Below, piece after piece: positions 55,493 to 64,000 of a DNA stretch of 64,000 bases. The notes beneath the pieces were generated by a model. It did no database searches. It was not told where the DNA came from and worked only from the letters and a program-made list of their open reading frames with translations. Origin of the DNA: Octopus vulgaris (lineage: Eukaryota). The first letter of the stretch is position 1, and the number at the start of each line of letters is the position of its first letter. The position numbers and the translations under genes were made by a program. The DNA is taken from assembly GCA_951406725.2 (NCBI GenBank), contig OX597833.1, forward strand, positions 54,684,001 through 54,748,000, written 5' to 3'.

Positions 55493-55525
<33 letters not shown>

Positions 55526-55802
55526 TATATAATTATTATTAGGGTTCAGCTAACTGCTTCACCACATGGTGAAATTAGAAATAGGAGCTAAAAATTCCCT
55601 TTCTGCTACTATAAGAATCTCCATGACGGTAAACATACTTTTTTACGAAGGCAAAGAGAAAAACAATGAATAAACATGACCAGGATTAATTTTGCCTATA
55701 AAAGTTATTTTACTGATCTACTTGGTAAAATTGTTAATTAATTGATTAATTAGTTAATTAATTTAATTAATAAATTTTACCCTTCTATTATTAATTTAAA
55801 AT

Positions 55803-55876
<74 letters not shown>

Positions 55877-55944
55877 AGACCGTTAGCTCCTACATGTATT
55901 TTTTTCTCTCCTTGTTTCTCTCCTTGTTTTTTTTTTTCTGTGTA

Positions 55945-55982
55945 TCTTTCTGTCGAAGAGCGTAGGCTCGAAACGTAAAAGA
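55945..55982 (+). ncRNA. Minimal hammerhead motif in element 55873-56080 inside (TA)n
   Basis: TCTTT-CTGTCGA-A-GAGC-GTAG-GCTC-GAAAC-GT-A-AAAGA. Confidence 0.6.
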
Positions 55983-56077
55983 CTTGTTCTATTTCTATTC
56001 CTGAGTGCCATACTAATACCTTTGTTTGTTTGTACTCCACCTGCCTTCGTCTTTTGTTTATTTTTGTAAACCTTCCC

Positions 56078-56115
<38 letters not shown>

Positions 56116-57883
56116 GGTATGTTGTAAAGCCCATGTCTTCAGAGCCTGAACATTGCTTGAAGACACAAGGCATATTATTAAATCTTACCTAGACTACATC
56201 ACCATTGCATGAAACTGTTAATAGCTTAGATACTGTGTACATTAAATAATATTCATCTCTATTGGATGGAATACTTTTTTGTAGATCTTGCCTTAACAGA
56301 AATGTAAACTATATATGTATATATGCACACACAGAAAAATAGGGGTTTTTTCTTACATGAGTAAAAGATTAAAGCTGTATTTCTATTCTGATTAGAGTGT
56401 GAAAATATGTAATGAATACTGTATAGCTCCAGGTCCTTCCATCTTACACTACTTTAAAAAATCATGAAATTGTGAAACCAGTTAAGTGTAAATAAATCTT
56501 CTTAAAAACTCCAAGAGCATATTCAACCATTCTTTTCTTTACATTTCTATTCATGTAAGAAATTTATTTTCTTGTACTATGTGTGTGCATGTGTATTTAT
56601 AATCTCTTCAAGTTCCGTTTAATGTCTTAATATTAATTTTACCAACAATCTATCTTTCGTATGTTGTTTATTTGTTTTTTATCATCATAAGTTTTTCATA
56701 AAATCTATGGTAGGGCAGATATGTAATTTTACCTGTTAACTATTTGTTTGGTATTTATCCTCTTCGTTTTCTCTGTAATTTTCTTGAGGAAGCATTCCAT
56801 TGTATTAAAGAAATAATTTTTCCTCCTAACCCATTTTCTTTGGTTTATGGTGAGTTTTACTTTTTGTGCATTTTTTCCCATTTTTTCCCCCTTCTTGTGT
56901 CTTCACCAACTTGTGGGTTTTCATCATCATCATCGTCGTTGTTTAACGTCTGCTTTCCATGCTACCATGGGTTGGATGGTTTGACTGGGGGCTGGTGAGC
57001 TAGAAGGCTGCACCAAGCTCCAATCTGATCTGGCAAAGTTTCTACAGCTGGATGCCCTTCCTAATGCCAATCACTCCAAGAGTGTAGTGGGTGCTTTTAC
57101 ATACCACTGGTATGAGAGCCAGTCAGGCAGTACTGGCATCGACCATGCTCAAATGGTGCATTTTACGTGCCACCTGCACAGGAGCCAGTCAGGTGGCACT
57201 GGCAATGGTCACATTCAAATGGTGTTTTTTACATGCCTCCAGCACCTGAGCCAGTCAGGCAGCCCTGTCAATGATCATGCTCAAATGGTGCTTTTAACAT
57301 TCCACTGGCACAGGTGCCAATCAGTACTGGTGGTGGTAATGGTGGTGGTGGTGGTGGTGATGGTGATGGTGGTAGTGGTGGTGGTGGTGGTGGTGGTGGT
57401 GGTGGTGTTGGTGTTGGTGGTGGTGCTGGTACTGCTGGTGGTGCTGGTGATAGTGATAACCATGATCGTGATTATGGTAATGACGATGATGATGATGTTG
57501 TTGCTGGTGGTGGTGGTGGTGGTGGTGGTGGTGGTGGTGATGATGAGGATAATGTTGGCGGTGGCGCTAGTGGTAACGGTGGTTGTAATCTTCATGGTGT
57601 TGGTGGTGGTGGTGATGGTGCTGATGTAGGCAGTGGAGGTGATGATGATAACGATGATAATGGTGATGACGATGATGATGATGCTATGGGACAGGTATAG
57701 AGCATACCACCAGAGAGGCCTTGACCAATCAACCTGCTGTAATGATAAAAGACCATAAAAAATTATAATGTACGCTTTGATTGATATGTCGTGACCCTTG
57801 GACAGGAAGAAATCAATCACAGAAACAGAAGAAGACACTATAGAAACACAAAGATTCACAGGTAGACATGGAAATGCTACGAT

Positions 57884-58260
57884 TGTGTGTGTGTGTGTGT
57901 GTGTGTATGTGTGTGTGTGTGTGTGTGTGTACGCGTGTATGTGCACACGTGTGTTTGCATGTGTGTGTGTGTGTTTGTGGTGTAAGTGTGTGTTTGTGCA
58001 CATGTATATAAGTGTGTGTGCACATGTGTGTATGTGTGTGTTTGTGTGTGTGTGTGTGTGTGCGCACGTCTGTGTATGTGTGTGCGTACTTGTGTTTGCA
58101 TGAGTGAGTGTGTGGTGTATGTTTGTGGTGTGTGTTTGTGGTGTGTGTGTGTTTGTTCATGTGTACGTATGTGTGTGGTGTGTGCATGCGCATGTGGTGT
58201 GTGTGTTTGTGCATGTGTGCACATGCATATGTGTGTGTGTTTGTGCATGTGTGCATATGC

Positions 58261-58291
<31 letters not shown>

Positions 58292-58330
58292 AGTGTGTGC
58301 GCATGCATTCGTGAGTGTGTGTATGTGTGT
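57884..58330. repeat. (GT)n degenerate microsatellite
   Basis: Direct inspection. Confidence 0.92.
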
Positions 58331-58509
58331 ATTCAGGTTACATCTACCAGGATACATATGATTCAATCTGAGAACTATAGAAATTAGTCTTCCATTGGGA
58401 GTATTCCTGGCCCCTGGGAAAAGCCAAAAATCCTTGTCCAAAAAATTAAAGGCAAACTTCAGTAAATTTGAACCATTTAGCATCGAGATTGACTCTGATA
58501 AATATAGAT

Positions 58510-58743
58510 CCTTCCTGAACCCTAAAGACTCATGGGGCCAGTTTCTGAGTTTCTGTGGTGCATATATTTCCCCCTGGATGAGATGCCAGTCCATTGCAAG
58601 ATTACTCACTCTTTCCAGCTGAGTGGACAAGAGAAATGGGAAATGGGAAGTGTTTTACTTGATAACACAATGCATCACCCTATCCAGGAATTGAAACTGT
58701 GATCTTATGCTCATCAGTCCAACACCTTAACCACAAAGCCACA
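58510..58743 (-). mobile_element. SINE with family D head and the tail of the 4752-5053 variant
   Basis: CCAGCTGAGTGGAC body; CCCTGGATG..GCCAGTCCAT tail. Confidence 0.6.
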
Positions 58744-59273
58744 TTAAGTGTAATGCTTGTCTTTCCTCATCGTTATGAATTAATAAATGATGCATTATCC
58801 CATACTCTCTTTTACTCTTTTACTTGTTTCAGTCATTTCACTGCGGCCATGCTGGAGCACCGCCTTTAGTCGAGCAAATCGACCCCGGGACTTATTCTTT
58901 TTGTAAGCCCAGTACTTATTCTATCGGTCTCTTTTGCCGAACCGCTAAGATTTAGATAATGTGATTGTTTATTTCTAGAATGGCATTGTAGGGTAGGTGC
59001 AAGATAATGGTGGCAATGACAATAATGTCCATGCTGATGACGGTAATGGTCAACGCTGATGACGGTAATGAGGACGACAACAACGATGAGGACAAGGATG
59101 ACATTAATGTTGACAATGATGATGATGGCAATGATAGCAATGATGACAAGAACAAAGATGATAGTGACGATAATGACGATGGTGAAGATGATGACGATGA
59201 CACTAATGATGGTGAAAATGGTGGTGGTGGTGGTAGTGGTGACGATGATGATGATGATAATGATTTTTCTTTC

Positions 59274-59464
59274 TTTTTTACTTGTTTCAGTCATTTGACT
59301 GCAGCTATGCTGGAGCACTGAGCAAATCGACCCCAGGATTTATTCTTTGGAAGCCTAGTACTTATTCTATCGGTCCTCTTTTGTTGAACCACTAAGTTAT
59401 GGGGACGTAAACACACCAGCATCAGCTGTCAAGTGATGTTGGGGAGACAAACACAGACGCACAA

Positions 59465-59517
<53 letters not shown>

Positions 59518-59690
59518 CATATATACGACAGGCTTCTTTCAGTTTCCGTCTTCCAAATCCACTCACAAGGCTTTGGTCGGCCCGAGGTGATAATAGAAGA
59601 CACTTGCCCAAGGTGCCACGCAGTGCGACTGAACCCGGAACCATCTGGTTGGTAAGCAAGCTACTTACCACACAGCCACTCCTGTGCCTA
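59274..59690 (-). mobile_element. SINE A, full length (3' fragment also at 58804-58948)
   Basis: Family A modules. Confidence 0.9.
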
Positions 59691-60048
59691 CGTTGATGAA
59701 TTGTATATAAAAATATAATTTTAGGCTGAATCTTCACAAATTGTGATTCTGTATTTTATGTTATTGATTCTGAAGCAATAACAGGAATGAAACAACAAAT
59801 GTATTTTATTTATATATGAAATAAATAACCGTTGATATGATATTCACTTTACATAACAAATATAAACCTTTGCAATGGTATGAAACAGTTAATAAATATT
59901 CTGCAAGACTATGCAGTCTTTATCTGTTCTGCATTATCAAATATTTCAACAAAAATTTGGATTTATGATGACAAAAATATATTAGCACAGAATGATCATT
60001 TAGGATAAAACCTCTATCATGATCATCATCATTATCATCATCATGATA

Positions 60049-60456
60049 GGTGCAGGAGTGGCTGTGTGGTAAGTAGCTTGCTTACCAACCACATTGTCTG
60101 GGTTCAGTCCCACTGTGTGGTACCTTGGGCTAGTGTCTTCTACTATAGCCTCAGGCCAACCAAAGCCTTGTGAGTGGATTTGGTAGACAGAAACTGAAAG
60201 AAGCCCATCGTATATATGTATATGTATATATATATGTGTGCATGTTTCTGTGTCTGTGTTTGTCCTCCTAACATCGCTTGACAACCGATGCTGGGGTGTT
60301 TACGTCCCCGTAACTTAGCGGTTCGGCAAAAGAGACCAATAGAATAAGTACTAGGCTTACAAAGAATAAGTCCTGGGGTCGATTTGCTTGACTAAAGGTG
60401 GTGCTCTAGCATGGCCGCAGTCAAATGACTGAAACAAGTAAAAGAGTAAAAGAGTA
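60049..60456 (+). mobile_element. SINE A, full length
   Basis: Family A modules. Confidence 0.9.
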
Positions 60457-61249
60457 TTATCATCATCGTCACCATCATCATTGTCATATCATATCCACTT
60501 TCCATGTTTGCATGGGTTAGACAGGTTGCCACTGTCTGTGTCAGCATTTTTCAAAGTCACTTCCCTCTAAGATGGGTAGGAGGACTATGTCTCACAACTA
60601 TATTTCAATGGATGCCCTTTCTATCATCAGTCCTTTTACTGAGTGGAATGATATATTCATTCTTCAGAAATACAAAGAGCACAACTATCAACCACAATCA
60701 CTCTTAGTAAATGGTTTGATGTTTTCTAATACCTTCTGAAGTTTGCAATATTGTCACTTTTTTAGAAACCAGATATACTGTTACAAACTTATGTCAGAAC
60801 AGCTTTCAAGATTTTTGAAAATGTATTTATGTTGATAAAATCTTAACTTGAAAGGATTTCTGGTTAACCTGATATAACCTTAAGAAAAACTGAATCATGG
60901 GCTAGGGTTAGGGTTAGGGCAGTAAATACATAGGCATCCAAAATTTCTCGAGAAAAATTATTTGATAGACATTGTACATAGGTAAAACAAACGAAAAAGA
61001 GGGAAAATTATATGTAGACAGCCTAAGATATTTGCAGTTAATATTTACTTTTTTGCGGCAAAATTTTGTGTAAAGCTATAACTAAATTTAAGATTTTATG
61101 GTGTTCCAGAAAATTTTATCTTTAAATGAAAAATGTTCTGATAATATGTCTCCACATTAGCTGAAAGATTAAAGCATAACTAGAACATTAAAACAAATGA
61201 TTTCAGGCTGTCTATTTTTCTGAATCTAAGAATTTATCTTATTACTATT

Positions 61250-61544
61250 TATGCAGGTGGGCTGAAAATTTCATAGGCTGACTTCAAGGTAATGCTAGGG
61301 CTGTGAAATCTTGTCTGCATTAATTTCAATTCTTCTTATTAATAAGTGCATTTTATCTTTCCAGGTAAACTGACATCTAATTGTTCAAAGAAGGCTTCTA
61401 AAATAACTAGTACTGACTTCTCTTGAAAATAGGCAAAATTTGGCATTGTGGTGTTTTCAAGTACTTGCAGGAAAAAAGCTTATGAACAGTACAAAAAAGG
61501 ACAGCTGAATTTAGGAGGAGAAAGAAGAATTTTGAAGATGACAC
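61250..61544 (+). mobile_element. Mariner 5' remnant
   Basis: TIR-like GGGCTGAAAATTTCATAGGCTGAC; KIWHCGVFKYLQ..TVQKRTAEFRRRKKNFEDD. Confidence 0.6.
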
Positions 61545-61725
61545 TTGGTACTCTGAGTTCCAAGTGTGTCACTAGTTTTCGGTTATTGACTCAATAGCTG
61601 AAGACTAGTGACTCGCTTGAAACTCAGAATATCAAGGAGTTTGAATCAAACTATTTTGATCCCTACATGTAACTCCCAATAAACGTATTGAAAGCCCTTC
61701 TTTCATTTGTCTACTCACTTGTATA
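61545..61725 (+). mobile_element. Penelope-like terminus with a 45-bp head-to-head foldback containing a hammerhead-like core
   Basis: Hairpin at 61545-61635; CTGAAGA..AGTGA-C-TCGCT..GAAACTCAGA; AATAAA; ends at (TA)n. Confidence 0.55.
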
Positions 61726-61729
61726 TATA

Positions 61730-62200
61730 TCATAAGAAGGAAGTCAATTTACTTGAATTAATGGTTCCTCATAAAGTTAACACAGGTGCCACTCAGGTTT
61801 GAAGGACTGACCATTATGAAACTTTCCTTGAGGAATATCAAGATGCATCCTCAAAAGTAGAGCATTTCCAACCAATGTTGGATGTAGAGGATTCATTGAA
61901 CACAGTGTGAGGCGATTGTTGTTGCTGCTAAGCCTAACTCACCATGAAGCAAAAACCATCATGAATGATATCCAGACTAAGTGGGGAAAGCAAGAGATTG
62001 GATTAGGCTAAAAACAGACGATGAGAAATAGTTAGAAGAATATTGGGTGAAATCTAGTAACCAGTTGATCTTGCAAAGCAGGGCCTCATTTCAGTGATGT
62101 AGGCACCAGTGCACAATGATGCTGTTGAGAGGAAGGCCCTGAAAAGGTGCACATTTTCTCCTGATGAACCCCCATAAGCTTGATACCATCTGGTATGTAG
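61730..62200 (+). pseudogene. Restriction-like-endonuclease C-terminus of a HERO/R2-group non-LTR element, degraded
   Basis: KEVNLLELMVP (cf. ELTVPWE), YETFLEE, NVGCRGFI (cf. EVGCRGF), DWIRLK. Confidence 0.7.
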
Positions 62201-62275
62201 CACTTTCAATTGGTAGCACTTTGCCATAACATCCTCATATTTACTTTTTTAAGTGATAAATCTTCATAAAAAGAT

Positions 62276-62697
62276 GGCGCAGGAGTGGCTGTGTGGTAAG
62301 TAGCTTGCTAACCAACCACATGGTTCTGGGTTCAGTCCCACTGCGTGGCATCTTGGGCAAGTGTCTTCTACTATAGCCCTGGGCCGACCAATGCCTTGTG
62401 AGTGGATTTGGTAGACGGAAACTGAAAGAAGCCTGTCATATATATGTATATATATGTATATGTGTATGAGTGTGTATATGTTTGTGTGTCTGTGTTTGTC
62501 CCCCTAGCATTGCTTGACAACCAATGCTGGTGTGTTTGCATCCCCATCACTTAGCTGTTCGGCAAAAGAGACCGATAGAATAAGTACTGGGCTTACAAAA
62601 GAATAAGTCCCGGGGCCGATTTGCTCGACTAAAGGTTTTGCTCCAGCATGGCCGCAGTCAAATAACTGAAACAAGTAAAAGAGTAAAGAGTAAGAGT
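62276..62697 (+). mobile_element. SINE A, full length
   Basis: Family A modules. Confidence 0.9.
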
Positions 62698-62753
62698 ATG
62701 ACTTTTGTGTCACTCTGTGTATATTTATAGGATAAAAGCAATGTATCAGAAAA

Positions 62754-63349
62754 TCTTTATATATAAAAGTGAGGTTGTGTCTGTCTCCTACGATTTAGAT
62801 TCCTAACTACTCCCACATTTTGTGGTGCAGTTTAACCAAGTATCTTATAGTCGTGATTCATATCGAGCCCTTCTGGGTATTAGCGCGCGTCTACGATGAG
62901 TCTACGATTTAGAAAAAAAATTTACCATCAATTTTTCCCATTTTTAATGCATTTTCTTCGCTATTATATAAGGGAAGTAACTCTCTAAAAATGTCTACGA
63001 TGAGTCAACGATTTAAAAAAAAAATTACCATCATTTTTTTTCCATTTTTAATGCATTTTTTCGCTATTATATAAGGGAAGTAACTCTCTAAAAATGTTTA
63101 CGATGAGTCAACGATTTTAAAAAAAATTTACCATAATTTTTTTCCATTTTAATGCATTTTTTCGCTATTATATAAGGGAAGTAACTCTCTAAAAATGTCT
63201 ACGATGAGTCAATGATTTAAAAAAAATTTACCATAATTTTTTTCCATTTTTAATGCAATTTTTTTGCTATTTTTTAGCTATAACTCTCTAAAAATGCTTA
63301 TATAGTTATTTCCCTTACAAACCCGAGCAACGCCGGGCGATACTGCTAG
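62754..63349 (+). mobile_element. Non-autonomous Helitron with an internal ~103-bp tandem repeat (~4 units)
   Basis: A|TCTTTATATATAAAAG ... CCCGAGCAACGCCGGG..CTAG|T; units start at 62891, 62995, 63098 and 63199. Confidence 0.88.
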
Positions 63350-63419
63350 TCTTTTATAAAATTATAATAATAGCTGACAAATGATTGAAGCTAAACATAG
63401 ATACAGTAATTTTTTAATT

Positions 63420-64000
63420 TGGCTTCCTAAATGGTAAATATTTAAAGATTTCTAAATTTAAAGTGGTGTCTCAGAGATTAACAATCTGGAAGTTTGTTTT
63501 CTACAGTAACCTTTAGGTGTTAATATTTCAAAGAGTTCAAATATATTTTTATATTCACTGAACCTATTTTACTGTTTGAGCATTCATATTATCTGCCATA
63601 ATGAACCAATCACGACAGTATAAACCACATTGTAAATTATTGGACTTATGTAATAAGTGTAAAATATAAAACTAATAAGCTCCACAGATTTGCACAAAGT
63701 TCGGTTGCCACCAACACAATTGTCACATCAAAAGAATTAACGTCATTGTTCTTTAATGCATAGAACATTATTAGCAGAAAGTAATGATCGCTTCTTGTGA
63801 GCATAATTATTTTGATATTGGAATCGCTGATTGAAATATAATTCCTGGCAAAAGATAATGCTTTTTGGAGCAGAGATTTAGTTATTGAATCAATAGAAAA
63901 CCAGGTGAATTTATAACAATGCATATTGCCAGTACTAATAATTCGGTTAATAAGAGAAATATGGTTTTTCCATAAAACTAAATGGGTTGTTCATTTAACT
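63420..64000 (-). pseudogene. Degraded Penelope-like reverse transcriptase (runs off the window end)
   Basis: SITKSLLQKALSFARNYISISDSNIKII..KNNDVNSFDVTI..(cf. FDVTMGSYDGAEICELVGL), GLYCRD (cf. GLYRDD). Confidence 0.7.

Noticed and set aside
56322-56590. Imperfect inverted repeat
   Set aside because: AT-rich with short matches and no ribozyme core found; may be an old foldback but cannot be supported.

Overview
Eukaryotic, very AT- and microsatellite-rich DNA with no host protein-coding gene that I can support; it is probably intronic or intergenic. The repeat repertoire looks like an Octopus (cephalopod) genome, an inference from recalled repeat families that I could not check. Almost all ORFs in the track are artefacts of simple repeats or SINEs. 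The window holds more than 20 copies of a CORE-type tRNA SINE and three further SINE families. It also holds a 5'-truncated CR1-type LINE (APE-RT), RTE/BovB, R4/Dong, HERO-like and Penelope-like retrotransposon remnants, two mariner remnants, two non-autonomous Helitrons, a Helentron-type element, and hAT-, piggyBac- and Merlin-like MITEs. The most striking signal is about a dozen loci with type I hammerhead-ribozyme (HHR) motifs, intact or degenerate, from several unrelated short non-coding families. Most lie in or next to (TA)n tracts, and many are foldback (inverted) duplications of Penelope type. One is a tRNA-headed element with an HHR tail. Also notable are a phased G_GGA_AAC slippery site at the ORF1/ORF2 overlap of the CR1 LINE, whose ORF2 has no AUG start, and several DNA elements carrying TTAGGG tracts. 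Coordinates were read by eye and may be off by a few bases.
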